64,000 nt of DNA, taken from the IMG/VR virus record IMGVR_UViG_3300025133_000072, positions 11,721 through 75,720 of that record, one strand, 5' to 3'. Positions 9,556 through 19,198 of the stretch are shown here, in pieces. Numbering within the stretch: the stretch's first letter is position 1; each line of letters starts with the position of its first letter. A program made the position numbers and the translations under genes. This stretch comes from a virus. The notes under the pieces were generated by a model that saw nothing but the letters and a program-made list of their open reading frames with translations, did no database searches and was not told the DNA's origin.

Positions 9556-9979
9556 CGATAGCCTTTGACATTATTTCCAGGTGTGTTTTCTTCTCCAGAT
9601 CCTTCGGGAGCATAAGCACTTTTCTCAATCGGTGCATAGGGCTGTCGGGGTCTTCAAAAAGAGATTGGTATTCTTGATCATATCTCTGAGCAATCTCCTG
9701 AAATTCGTTTTGGAGTGTGGACAGGATCTCTCGGAAGTCTTTCATAAGATCGATTTCGTAAATGATCCAGAACTCATTTCCATTATATCGCTTTGCTCGA
9801 ATGCCGTGTTCCTTTTGAAATTCTTCCAGGGCATTTTCGATCTTAGCTCCAAAGCAATTCATCTCACTCCGGAGAACCCCCATTTCTGGAACCTTGTCCA
9901 TTTGAGTTCGGAGCCTGTGATCATTAGAGGGCTCCCATATTTTGATGATTATGGTCGTTTTTAGATATTCTGTACCCAT
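9548..9979 (-). CDS. Short DUF3150-like paralogue
   Basis: FWIIYEIDLMKDFREILSTLQNEFQEIAQRYDQEY. Confidence 0.5.
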   Translation of the reverse strand: MGTEYLKTTIIIKIWEPSNDHRLRTQMDKVPEMGVLRSEMNCFGAKIENALEEFQKEHGIRAKRYNGNEFWIIYEIDLMKDFREILSTLQNEFQEIAQRYDQEYQSLFEDPDSPMHRLRKVLMLPKDLEKKTHLEIMSKAIDD

Positions 9980-9992
9980 GCCTATCCTTTGC

Positions 9993-10436
9993 TTAAGTCC
10001 ATTTAGGCTCTTCAAAATGATGGGGGTCGGGTGCTTCTAGTGCCTCATCCGTTAATTCGATTTCGATGGTAAGGACGAATAGACTATCCAAAGTCTCTTT
10101 GAATTCAGGTCCATTACCTCCGTATTTTGTAGCCATTTCCTCTTTTGTTTTTTCCCAGGAGGTTTTGACTTTTTCAATATGCTTTCTAAAATCCAGGGCC
10201 TCTGATCCCGGAACCAAATAAGTGGTCCAACGATCCGAGCCGAATGGAGCATGTTCTGAATTCCTTTTTACTAAAACCCAACCCCTTACTTCATGAGCAG
10301 TTGCCAGGAGATCGAATAATGTGTTTATGCAGTCGAAACTCTCTCCTCCTATATTCAGAGATTTTCCAAACACTGAATTTTTTCTTGTTTCCCATTCTTC
10401 TACGTGGGAATAGATTCTGACTTTTAGATTTTTCAT
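9993..10436 (-). CDS. Short DUF3150-like paralogue
   Basis: AHEVRGWVL...YLVPGSEALDFRKHIEKVKTSWEKTKEEMATKY. Confidence 0.6.
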   Translation of the reverse strand: MKNLKVRIYSHVEEWETRKNSVFGKSLNIGGESFDCINTLFDLLATAHEVRGWVLVKRNSEHAPFGSDRWTTYLVPGSEALDFRKHIEKVKTSWEKTKEEMATKYGGNGPEFKETLDSLFVLTIEIELTDEALEAPDPHHFEEPKWT

Positions 10437-10513
10437 TTAAAAAAACCTCCTTCCTACAGGTATATCCAGAGCCTCCTTTTTTCAGAAGCCCTGGATAGTT
10501 ACTTGTCCTTGAA

Positions 10514-11368
10514 TTAGAATCCAAGGGAATTGATATTCCCCAGGATGTCGTTGGCGATCTCGGCGGTACTCTTGCGCTTCTTTTCATCTTCCCTGAGTTC
10601 TTCCGGAGAGTATTTCGAGACTTCCGATAGGCGCTTGCCCAGTTCCTCGATGTTCTCATCATCCGAAATATTCAACCCTGGAAGAATTCCAAGAAGTTCT
10701 GAGATGTTATTGATCAAGCTGTTTTTGAAGATCTTGGGCTTGCCCTCTTCACGATCCTCAGCCAGCCTGTCTGTAACCGAATGAGCCACTTTCTTGATCC
10801 TGTTATACAGATCTCTCAAAGTATCCTCTTCCGTAGACTTAATGGATTCTGCGACTGACTTACGGATCTCTTCCATGTCCTCATCGTCTAGTCCTGCAAT
10901 CCTGAAATCCGAGCTATCCGGAACCGGATAAGCCTTGACATCAAAAGCGAACTTGTCGGAAATCTCAGCCGGGAATTCGTTGATGTCATACAGATCTCCC
11001 AGACGCTCTCTGGCCTCTTCACGAGCTACGTCATAGTTCGCAACGAGCCTAGCAACAGCATCATTCCACTTGCCATGATACTCAGCTTCCTTCTTGCGGA
11101 AGTCCGAGAAAAGCTTGATGGGAAGGACCCTGGAGCCTGTATCGCACCAAGGCAGCGTCATTTCATAAAACATCCCACGGATCTCTCCTGCTAGGGATTC
11201 GACCTCTTTGAGATGCTCTTTGGAAATCAGGCGCTTGTTGTAGCGACCAGCATCCTTAGCAGCCCCATTGTTTTCGTGTACTTCTTTGGTCGCTTTGCGA
11301 TCCAGCTTACGAGCAGTCCACCTTGAAATGCTCAGATTTACTAAAATGGATTTAGTGTGTAACCCCAT
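10514..11368 (-). CDS. Full-length DUF3150-like protein
   Basis: ILVNLSISRWTARKLDRKAT...TLPWCDTGSRVLP...FPAEISDKFAF..PVP..SDFR; a family I recall as typically adjacent to AAA/vWA genes in phages. Confidence 0.7.
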   Translation of the reverse strand: MGLHTKSILVNLSISRWTARKLDRKATKEVHENNGAAKDAGRYNKRLISKEHLKEVESLAGEIRGMFYEMTLPWCDTGSRVLPIKLFSDFRKKEAEYHGKWNDAVARLVANYDVAREEARERLGDLYDINEFPAEISDKFAFDVKAYPVPDSSDFRIAGLDDEDMEEIRKSVAESIKSTEEDTLRDLYNRIKKVAHSVTDRLAEDREEGKPKIFKNSLINNISELLGILPGLNISDDENIEELGKRLSEVSKYSPEELREDEKKRKSTAEIANDILGNINSLGF

Positions 11369-11453
11369 CTCCAACCTCCAGTTAGTTTATACTTTGTTTC
11401 CCACTCTTTTAGTATAACACCTTTCTATTAGAAAGTACATGTTGTTTTAGTTT

Positions 11454-11684
11454 TTATCCCTCTTCCTCTTCCAATTCATCCTCTAAAAGCTCAATCCACT
11501 CTCGAAAGTTGATGAGATCATGCTCAAACGAGAGCCAATCCACATCGGTCATCAAAGAAATTGCATCCACTTCCCCTTTGAAGGATTCAAGAGCTAGACG
11601 CTTTGTTTCCGGGGATGTAGCCACTCTAGCCAGATAATTGGCTTTGGCCTTCTCTAATCTTTCTGCTGGATTTAATCGTGTCAT
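11454..11684 (-). CDS. Small acidic hypothetical protein
   Basis: SD GAGGAGG. Confidence 0.6.
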   Translation of the reverse strand: MTRLNPAERLEKAKANYLARVATSPETKRLALESFKGEVDAISLMTDVDWLSFEHDLINFREWIELLEDELEEEEG

Positions 11685-11696
11685 CTCAAAACCTCC

Positions 11697-12017
11697 TCAA
11701 ACATCTTCCATGTAAATTGATTTTCTAGCCCTTGCCCACTCAGGGATATATCCAAAGGAATGATAAAAATCTTCGATTTCGTATCCTTCTGCTGGAGTGA
11801 TAGTTCCCCTTTGTATCCCATCTGCAACATGGAGAAAAATAAAAGCCCCATGTCCTTTGGGATTCCCGTCCTTGTCTTTTCTATATGAATGAAAACGATA
11901 GGTCATTTCCAGTGTCTCCTTTGAAAGGGAGTCATGGATATATGGAGGGAGTCCTCTGCGAATTGCCTTTAATGCGTGATCGTTGAACAATGACGCATGT
12001 GATCTCGTATACCCCAT
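11697..12017 (-). CDS. Hypothetical protein
   Basis: SD AGGAGG before MGYTRS. Confidence 0.6.
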   Translation of the reverse strand: MGYTRSHASLFNDHALKAIRRGLPPYIHDSLSKETLEMTYRFHSYRKDKDGNPKGHGAFIFLHVADGIQRGTITPAEGYEIEDFYHSFGYIPEWARARKSIYMEDV

Positions 12018-12027
12018 TTCTAACCTC

Positions 12028-12234
12028 CTAAGTCCATTTAACAGTAAAGTTTTTTGTTCCCACATTTAAGATCATTCCACGACGATTTGCTATACTCTTC
12101 ATAATGTTGATAGCTTTGGTAAATTCGTTTGCATCATCGTTAAGCGCATTCAAAACTAAATCTTTAGGAACCTTGTGATTAGTTTTGTAAAGATCACCCA
12201 TAGCCATGTGAGCTATAATTGATGTGTTTTCCAT
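12028..12234 (-). CDS. Small hypothetical cassette gene
   Basis: Directly follows a copy of the repeated promoter/leader unit. Confidence 0.65.
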   Translation of the reverse strand: MENTSIIAHMAMGDLYKTNHKVPKDLVLNALNDDANEFTKAINIMKSIANRRGMILNVGTKNFTVKWT

Positions 12235-12330
12235 CTTGAACCTCCTTAGTTCTTATCTTCTTCCCACCTACATATATATTATAACAGGTTTATATAAGAA
12301 TAGCAAAGATGTATTAGAATCGAACAAGTC
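12235..12330 (-). repeat. Repeated promoter-leader-RBS unit
   Basis: Reverse complement: gacttgttcgattctaatac...attcttatataaacctgttataatatatatgtaggtgggaagaagataagaactaaggaggttcaag-ATG. Confidence 0.85.
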
Positions 12331-12389
12331 TCTTATAAAACAAGAACCCCCGGACTTTCCAGGGGCCTTGTTGTTAAGGAAGTTCGACT

Positions 12390-13418
12390 TTAGAAGTCAT
12401 CGCCGTCGGAACTCATGTCCTTGGCAATCCAGTCTAAGAAAACCTTATTCTCAAGAGCTTCGGGATCACGTCCGTTGACGATCTCTACCATGAGACTAAT
12501 GAACTCGCCATTGTCTCTCAGGTACTTAATCGCATTTCCGATAGTAACCTTATTTACTTTCATGGCGATTGCTGCGGTTACGGCATACCTTGCACAGAGC
12601 TTGTCTGGCAGATTGATCGTGGTTGGATCATCTGCGGTAAGGATGTCATCCAAATTTGGAATCTGAGTGTAGTAATCCTCAAAGCTCTTCAGAGCTGTCG
12701 CAGCCTCTTCCCCCACTGCTCCAGAAGTCGTTTCGTAATTGGCAATCTTCATTTTGCGAAGATTAGAAACAAACTCCCAGGAACGAGGCGTTGGAAATCC
12801 TCTTTCGCAGGGCTTCTTAGGTGGATCAAGAAGCTTGTCAGCCGAGAAGTTCAGGAATGCGATGATTGTAGGATCAATGGCATTCTTTGCAGCCCACTTA
12901 GTCCAATCAGCAATCGCCACGTCAAATTCCAGGTGTGTGAAACGATTAGCCAGAGGAGCTGGGAGTCGGTTTGTTACTCCACGATCTTCGGCCCTGTTTC
13001 CTGCTGCTACGATGATCCAGCCTGGAGGAAGGGTATAGGAACCGACTTTCCTATCCAAGACCAACTGATAAGCTGCTGCCATTACGCTGGGAGGGGCTGC
13101 GTTAATCTCGTCCAGGAAAAGAATCCCTTTGTCCCCGTGTGTATCCAGGTGAGGGAGAATGGGGGATTCGGAAAAGCTTGTTCGATTGCTGGACTTATCC
13201 ACAACTGGGATTCCCCTCATATCCACAGGATCGATCTGAGAAAGCCTCAGATCCTCGAAACTGATTCCCAGATCATCGGCTACCTTCTTAACCACCGAAC
13301 TTTTTCCTACTCCCATGGCTCCCCACAAAAAGACGGGGATATGCACAAGATCTTTAGGATTGTTCAGGTTGTGGCCTATAAGAGCCTTTAAGAATTTTTC
13401 TGTTTCCATCGGTGTCAT
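12390..13418 (-). CDS. MoxR-like AAA+ ATPase
   Basis: Walker A GAMGVGKS, Walker B LFLDE, AAGNR, LANRF, PTPRSW. Confidence 0.9.
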   Translation of the reverse strand: MTPMETEKFLKALIGHNLNNPKDLVHIPVFLWGAMGVGKSSVVKKVADDLGISFEDLRLSQIDPVDMRGIPVVDKSSNRTSFSESPILPHLDTHGDKGILFLDEINAAPPSVMAAAYQLVLDRKVGSYTLPPGWIIVAAGNRAEDRGVTNRLPAPLANRFTHLEFDVAIADWTKWAAKNAIDPTIIAFLNFSADKLLDPPKKPCERGFPTPRSWEFVSNLRKMKIANYETTSGAVGEEAATALKSFEDYYTQIPNLDDILTADDPTTINLPDKLCARYAVTAAIAMKVNKVTIGNAIKYLRDNGEFISLMVEIVNGRDPEALENKVFLDWIAKDMSSDGDDF

Positions 13419-13556
13419 GTTGAACCTCCTCATTTGGTTGTGTTTTCCTGACCTACTCTCTTAGTATAACCCACGGCTAAAAGCTCTGTCAATCATTTTT
13501 ATTCTTTGCAAACTCTCTTATAAACCCCTATAATATAGAGAAGGAGGTTTGACAAC

Positions 13557-14042
13557 ATGAGTGGAATTTTAGTTAGAGTATCATACTGTGGGACTGCCAA
13601 AATTCTCCACTTTCTTAAAGAGCTTACTTATAACACCAGCCCTTTAAGAATACATAAGAAGAAAGCCATAGACTCTAGAGGGATAAAAGAGGTTGAACAG
13701 GCTTTGAATTTTCTGTGGAATCGGTATCGAAGGAACCTGCCGTTTAAAGGGTCTTCTTGCTCTAATAACAGAGCATTGGTCTTTTGGTTAAAAGCGGGAG
13801 CTATTGATTTCAGAAAGACTTTGGAAGTGTTCAAAGCCGACTGGAAAAAAGATGTTATCAATGTTCTGAGAGATCATCTTCCTTTCAATGTGTCTGAAGT
13901 AAAAGAAAGCATAGAGGAGTTTATGGACGAGTCCCTTAATATACAAGTGGACTCATCTTACCTGGATTACAAACCAAGTCTAGGGGGAATGCTCAGTAAA
14001 ACATCTTTTGATATTGAGGTGGGAAATGAAAATTCACCTTAA
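13557..14042 (+). CDS. Short DUF3150-like paralogue
   Basis: SGILVRVS..TAK, IKEVEQ...NLPF, IDFRKTLEVFKADWKKDV. Confidence 0.6.
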   Translation: MSGILVRVSYCGTAKILHFLKELTYNTSPLRIHKKKAIDSRGIKEVEQALNFLWNRYRRNLPFKGSSCSNNRALVFWLKAGAIDFRKTLEVFKADWKKDVINVLRDHLPFNVSEVKESIEEFMDESLNIQVDSSYLDYKPSLGGMLSKTSFDIEVGNENSP

Positions 14043-14439
14043 AACCAGATACTCTGATCTCTATAATCTCCTCTTGTCTCATAAAACAAGAGCCCAGAAA
14101 AAAGGTCCTGGCTTCTGGCCTGTTGTAAATTTTTATGAGAGCATGATCCATGCCTTGTATTTTTTTAATAGGCCCCTTGAAGGAATTCATAGAGCGCTGG
14201 GCTCGAAAAGTCTCTTATGTTTGACAGGTGGGTACGTGGTTGCTCCTTCGGAAATTTTGTCTGTTAGAAGAAGCTTAGAATCCGCTAAACAAGGATGGGT
14301 GGAAACTAGGATTACCTACGTGTCTGAATACTCTCGATGGGTGGCTGGTATGCATTCTCGTTTCCCTCAGATTTCTTTTCCGTCCCCGGCATTAATTGAA
14401 TCTTTTTTAGATCTATCTTACGGAGTTGAAGATGATTAA
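14026..14439 (+). CDS. Short DUF3150-like paralogue
   Basis: GGYVVAPSEILSVRRSLESAKQGWVETRITYVSEY...FPSP. Confidence 0.55.
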   Translation: MKIHLKTRYSDLYNLLLSHKTRAQKKGPGFWPVVNFYESMIHALYFFNRPLEGIHRALGSKSLLCLTGGYVVAPSEILSVRRSLESAKQGWVETRITYVSEYSRWVAGMHSRFPQISFPSPALIESFLDLSYGVEDD

Positions 14440-14889
14440 CGAGCCTGGAATATTAAACCGAGACGAGCCTGTTTTGAGATATGCATTGAAGACTCTATCC
14501 GATGTTCAAGGAGCCTTAGATATGGTGCCTGCATATGTTTTGATTAAATAGAAGGACGACAGGACTACTCCAGGTCAATAGGATTCCATAGAAAAATTCT
14601 CTATCTTTTAGAAGACAAACTTCCTCATTGTATTTTTGACAAGTTTGTTCAAGGGTCTGATCTGCTTTTGTTAAGGAGGCATTTAACTGTTCAAAAAGGT
14701 ATATGGAATGAAGCTGTAGCAGAACTCTTGGATCATTTGGATTATGGGGAAACTCATGATTTCATTCGAAGAGGATTTCCGATAGAAGAGTTCAAAAATA
14801 ATTTGAAGGTAAAACATATCCTATTCAAATGGGATGAGGAGACAGACAGATGGGTGAACGAAGAAAAGAAGCAGGAGAAGGGGACATGA
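14432..14889 (+). pseudogene. Short DUF3150-like paralogue with a -1 frameshift at about 14548
   Basis: MINEPG...VLIK* then the -1 frame IEGR...KLPHCIFDKFVQGSDLLLLRRHLTVQKGIWNEAVAELL. Confidence 0.5.
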
Positions 14890-15314
14890 ATAATTTTCCC
14901 GTTCTAGAATATGAAACCAAACGAACCGAAGTAGTCGGATGGAAAAGGCTTGTACGAAGAGCCCACAAAGCTCAACTTGAATCAGAAGCAGATGTTAAGT
15001 TAGCTATGTCCCCTTATGACATGTTTGAACTTCTTACATATGAACAGAAGTTAAGAGGAATCCTTGTTCAAGTCTCTTGCCTGGAATTTACTAATGAGAA
15101 ATTTACTTTTAGTTTCTACGGAATAAGTCCTTCTTCGGTACTTCAAATCAGAAACGAATTGGAATTGTTCAGTCAAAAATGGGATGAGGCTTTGAATCGG
15201 ATTCTTTCTGTTTATGAAAGGCAATGGGAAGGTGGTTTGAAAAGACCTTATCTTCCACCACCAGAAGAATTAAAAGAGCGCTGGAGATTCCGAATTAAGG
15301 AGAAATCCGAATGA
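14886..15314 (+). CDS. Short DUF3150-like paralogue
   Basis: EQKLRGIL...SSVLQIRNELELFSQKWDEALNRILSVY...LPPPEELKERWRF. Confidence 0.6.
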   Translation: MNNFPVLEYETKRTEVVGWKRLVRRAHKAQLESEADVKLAMSPYDMFELLTYEQKLRGILVQVSCLEFTNEKFTFSFYGISPSSVLQIRNELELFSQKWDEALNRILSVYERQWEGGLKRPYLPPPEELKERWRFRIKEKSE

Positions 15315-15691
15315 TGCGCCTCATTGTAAAGTGTAAATGGAATTCTTTTCATGAGCATCTCCAAGGACTTAACACCCTGTTTCTTGTAGATAGGGACCCT
15401 CGTTTTACAAAGCCTTTTAACACTGTGTGGATGAAAAATATAGTTGGGATTATCGCTCCTATAGGGGACATAGCACACAACACAAACACAGCACTCAGCC
15501 ACGTAGATTCCATCGTAGAGATAAGAAAGATATGGACTAAATCCCAATTGCTATGGGAAGAGGAATCTAGGCTCGTTCTTCAGAAATGGGAGAATGTTTT
15601 GGTGTATCAAAAACAGGTTGAGATTTTCAATCTTGCCGATTCCAAACAAGTAATCGAATGGCTGCATAGGAGTCATGAACTCAATTTATAA
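15311..15691 (+). CDS. Short DUF3150-like paralogue (more diverged)
   Basis: SIVEIRKIWTKSQLLWEEESRLVLQKW. Confidence 0.45.
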   Translation: MMRLIVKCKWNSFHEHLQGLNTLFLVDRDPRFTKPFNTVWMKNIVGIIAPIGDIAHNTNTALSHVDSIVEIRKIWTKSQLLWEEESRLVLQKWENVLVYQKQVEIFNLADSKQVIEWLHRSHELNL

Positions 15692-15789
15692 ATTTATTCT
15701 GTCTGTTTCTAAGACAAAGTAGACACTCTATTATAGACATGCTATACTAAAAGAGTGGGGTAAGAAGTAAGAGACTCAAGGAGGTTTGA

Positions 15790-17019
15790 ATGTCAGATAA
15801 AAAAGTTTTTAACAGTAAGGCCGAGAAGAAATACAAAAGGGCCAAAAGATCCCTTATGATTCTTCATCCTTTTTTTGGGCCTTTGATTGTTCGATTGAAG
15901 CCTATTCAGAAAGTGGAAGTAGGAACGGCTGGGGTAGATGGGGAATCCTTATTTTACAATCCAGAGTGGTTTAATACCCTTTCCGATCAGGAAGCTGTTT
16001 GTCTGCTGGCTCATGAAGTCATGCATTGTGCGCTCGGACATCATACCCGTCGAGGGAAGAAGGATAATAAGCTGTGGAATATTGCTTGCGATCATGCAAT
16101 TAATATTCTTCTAGATGCCCATGGGAACATCCTTCCTCCAAATCCAGTAATGGATAAGAAATATGACGGATGGCCCTCAGAGAAGATCTATGCAGACATC
16201 TACGAAGATCAGCCCCAGAATCCAGGCGGAGGAGCGGGTAATGGAATGTCTGGTAGTGGGACTGGGAACAGTCCTGGGAGCAATCCTGGAAATGGTCAGC
16301 CTGATCCTAATGCTCCAGGGCAGTGGGGTCAGATTTTAGATGCTCCTAAAGGCTCTGAAAAGGAATCAGCGTCTGACTGGGAAGCAGCTACTATCGGTGC
16401 TGTAAAGATCGCTCAGATGCAGAAGAGCAAAGGAACCAATCCTGGATTTGCAGACAGATTGGCTGACATGTTCGGCCTGTATCACAAAGTTTCCTGGAAA
16501 GAGGTTCTCAAGAACTTTGTCCAGACCTCTATTGGTGTGGATGATTTTACCTGGAAACGTCCTGGTAGAAGGGGTCTTTCGGAAGATCTGTACCTCCCTC
16601 ATAGAGAAGGGGTCAAACTTGATGGAGTTTGGGTAGCTATTGATACATCCGGGTCTATCGATGACAAGACTTTGCAGATGTTCAAGACTGAAATTGAAGG
16701 AATCATGGAAATGTTTCCGAATAGCGAAGTCGGCTTGATGTTTTGTGACGCAAGGCTGCACAACATTTCAATGCAGAGCGCTCCTCTGGATTTCAAACCA
16801 AAGGGCGGAGGCGGAACTGATTTTCGTCCGGTATTCAATTATTTTGAGGAGCAGTACATCAATCCCAAGTGTGTGATTTACTTAACCGATCTTTACGGAA
16901 GCTTTCCGGAAGAGCCTCCTTTTTACCCGACATTGTGGGTTGTAAAGGACGGGCCTTCAAAGCCTGAAGATCATGTGCCTTTTGGCATTACAATTGTACT
17001 TGAGGAAGATGATGATTAA
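15790..17019 (+). CDS. DUF2201-type metallopeptidase + vWA domain protein
   Basis: TAGVDG, LAHEVMH (HExxH), WNIACD, Gly/Asn linker, MIDAS DTSGS, GGGTDF, YLTD. Confidence 0.9.
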   Translation: MSDKKVFNSKAEKKYKRAKRSLMILHPFFGPLIVRLKPIQKVEVGTAGVDGESLFYNPEWFNTLSDQEAVCLLAHEVMHCALGHHTRRGKKDNKLWNIACDHAINILLDAHGNILPPNPVMDKKYDGWPSEKIYADIYEDQPQNPGGGAGNGMSGSGTGNSPGSNPGNGQPDPNAPGQWGQILDAPKGSEKESASDWEAATIGAVKIAQMQKSKGTNPGFADRLADMFGLYHKVSWKEVLKNFVQTSIGVDDFTWKRPGRRGLSEDLYLPHREGVKLDGVWVAIDTSGSIDDKTLQMFKTEIEGIMEMFPNSEVGLMFCDARLHNISMQSAPLDFKPKGGGGTDFRPVFNYFEEQYINPKCVIYLTDLYGSFPEEPPFYPTLWVVKDGPSKPEDHVPFGITIVLEEDDD

Positions 17020-17057
17020 TCTAAACCAAAAGATGGTAACTGAGGATATAGGGGACT

Positions 17058-17390
17058 GTGACAAGGGGGATTTCAATTCCCCCTTTGCTCAGAATAAGAA
17101 CAGGGTTTTTCAATTGGTGGGCGGATCTCCCTGATAAAATCTTAAATAAAGCTTCCTCTAAATTAGATGAAGCAAAGCTGAGAGATGATGTTAGTTTGAG
17201 TATGGACTTGATCCCCTTGATGCCTTTTCATAAAATCAACAGAGGAAGAATGAACTGGAGATCTACAAATTATCGAGAATCTGAAGATTTTTTTGTAACA
17301 GATGAGCCTACTTTCAAAGATCTGACAAAGGATATGCCCAAGGCAAAAAGAAAAGAGATCCGAAAATCAAAAACTCTTGTGGTGGTGTAA
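17058..17390 (+). CDS. Hypothetical protein
   Basis: SD AGGGG; TAATG coupling to the helicase gene. Confidence 0.55.
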   Translation: MTRGISIPPLLRIRTGFFNWWADLPDKILNKASSKLDEAKLRDDVSLSMDLIPLMPFHKINRGRMNWRSTNYRESEDFFVTDEPTFKDLTKDMPKAKRKEIRKSKTLVVV

Positions 17391-19198
17391 TGGGCAAAGC
17401 GACTTGTATAGGTAACGAAATAATCATCCAATTCAGATATGACCCGGTTCTTGTAGCCAAGATAAAAGACATCCCCGGAAGGAAATACTGTCCTGATACA
17501 AAAGCCTGGAAAGTCCCTGCTTGTGATTTGAGCCTTGATCATCTAAACGGAATCCCTGAGATCCGCATGACTCAATCTGTGGCTCAGGCGCAGGGTAGAA
17601 ATCCAATGAATACTCAACCTGGAAAAACTGGGGAAATCATAGTTCATTTTCCTTATGACGAAGAGTTGATCAAAGACATCAAAACAGTCTATGGAATTCG
17701 ATGGGACAAGGAGAAAAAATACTGGACTGCTCCTTATAAAACCCACACCCTCAAATATCTTCGGAAACTTGGATTTGATACTTCAGAGACTCCGGAAGAA
17801 AGAATCTCTTTTGACATCACCCCGACTGCCGGACAGCTTCCAGATCATTTTCTTGATGGCCTGTACAATTTCCAATTGATAGGCTTTCGCTTTATCGAAC
17901 GCATGGGTGGAAGGGCTTTGATAGCCGATCAGATGGGGCTGGGAAAAACAATAATTGCTCTTGCTTACCTAGCTGCTCATCCTGAAATGCGTCCGGCTAT
18001 TATTGTCTGTCCTTCTAGTGTGAAGCTCAACTGGGGAAGAGAGATAAACAAGTGGCTCAAGAAGCCTTGTACTGTCTTGTCTGGAAGGGTAGCAGATCCA
18101 AGGATGCAAAGTGACATATCCATCATCAATTATGAGATCCTGCACAATTCTGATGATACTGAAAAATCCTGGGTAGAGCACTTCAAGAAAAAGGTGAAGC
18201 CTAGAATAGTGATTGCTGATGAGTGTCATTATTTCAAAACAGACAAATCCCTGAGAACAAAGGCAGTCAAGAAACTAGGGAAAATCACCCCTTATTTCGT
18301 TGCTCTAAGTGGGACTCCGATTACCAACAGGCCCATCGATGCTTTCAATGCTCTTAATATTATTCGTCCAGAGATCTTTCCTTCTCGGTGGGAATTTGGA
18401 AAAAGATACTGTGATCTTAAAGATACTTGGCAGGGCTTGGATTGGACTGGGAATTCTAATGAGGCGGAGCTTCACGAGCTTCTCAAAGAAACTTGTATGA
18501 TTCGCAGAGTCAAGAGCGAGGTACTCCAGGATCTTCCTCCTATTCAAAGAACCATCGTCCCCATGGGAATTTCCAATGCAGCTTACAATTCCTACAAAAA
18601 GAAGCTGGAGCAGATGACCCAGTACCAAGGATCTACTGTAGGAGCCATGCAGGAAATTGAGAAAATGAAACAAGACATTCTGAGAGCAAAACTCCCTTCC
18701 TGTATTCAATGGATTCAAGACTTTGTAGATACCGGGGAAAAGCTCGTGGTTTTCACTTATCATCATGAGGCTATAGATGCGCTCAAAGCTAAGTTCAAGG
18801 ACATAGCTGTTGTATTGGATGGACGAACCCCGATGAAGAAAAGACAAAAGGCTATTGATGAGTTCCAAGAAGGAGATCGGGCTCGTTTGTTCCTGGGCAA
18901 TATTAAGGCAGCAGGAACCGGGATAACTCTGACAGCAGCTTCTAATACCTGTTTCATAGAATTGCCCTGGATACCCTCTGATTTAGACCAATGTGAAAGC
19001 AGAACGAACCGTATTGGAAGTACAGGAACCTCTAATAATGCTTGGTATTTATTAGCTGACGGGACTTTCGAAGAGTGCATAGCACAGGTTCTGGATTCCA
19101 AGAGAAAAGTAATAGACAAGATCATTGACGGAAAAGAGACTGACGAAAGCTCTCTCCTGTCGGAACTCATGAGGTTGATCAAAGGAGGATTAACATGA
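17390..19198 (+). CDS. SNF2-family (SMARCAL1-like) helicase with two HARP-like domains
   Basis: ADQMGLGKT, DECH, LSGTP; N-terminal repeats FRYDPVLVAKIKDIPGRKY...W and FPYDEELIKDIKTVYGIRW...W. Confidence 0.9.
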   Translation: MGKATCIGNEIIIQFRYDPVLVAKIKDIPGRKYCPDTKAWKVPACDLSLDHLNGIPEIRMTQSVAQAQGRNPMNTQPGKTGEIIVHFPYDEELIKDIKTVYGIRWDKEKKYWTAPYKTHTLKYLRKLGFDTSETPEERISFDITPTAGQLPDHFLDGLYNFQLIGFRFIERMGGRALIADQMGLGKTIIALAYLAAHPEMRPAIIVCPSSVKLNWGREINKWLKKPCTVLSGRVADPRMQSDISIINYEILHNSDDTEKSWVEHFKKKVKPRIVIADECHYFKTDKSLRTKAVKKLGKITPYFVALSGTPITNRPIDAFNALNIIRPEIFPSRWEFGKRYCDLKDTWQGLDWTGNSNEAELHELLKETCMIRRVKSEVLQDLPPIQRTIVPMGISNAAYNSYKKKLEQMTQYQGSTVGAMQEIEKMKQDILRAKLPSCIQWIQDFVDTGEKLVVFTYHHEAIDALKAKFKDIAVVLDGRTPMKKRQKAIDEFQEGDRARLFLGNIKAAGTGITLTAASNTCFIELPWIPSDLDQCESRTNRIGSTGTSNNAWYLLADGTFEECIAQVLDSKRKVIDKIIDGKETDESSLLSELMRLIKGGLT

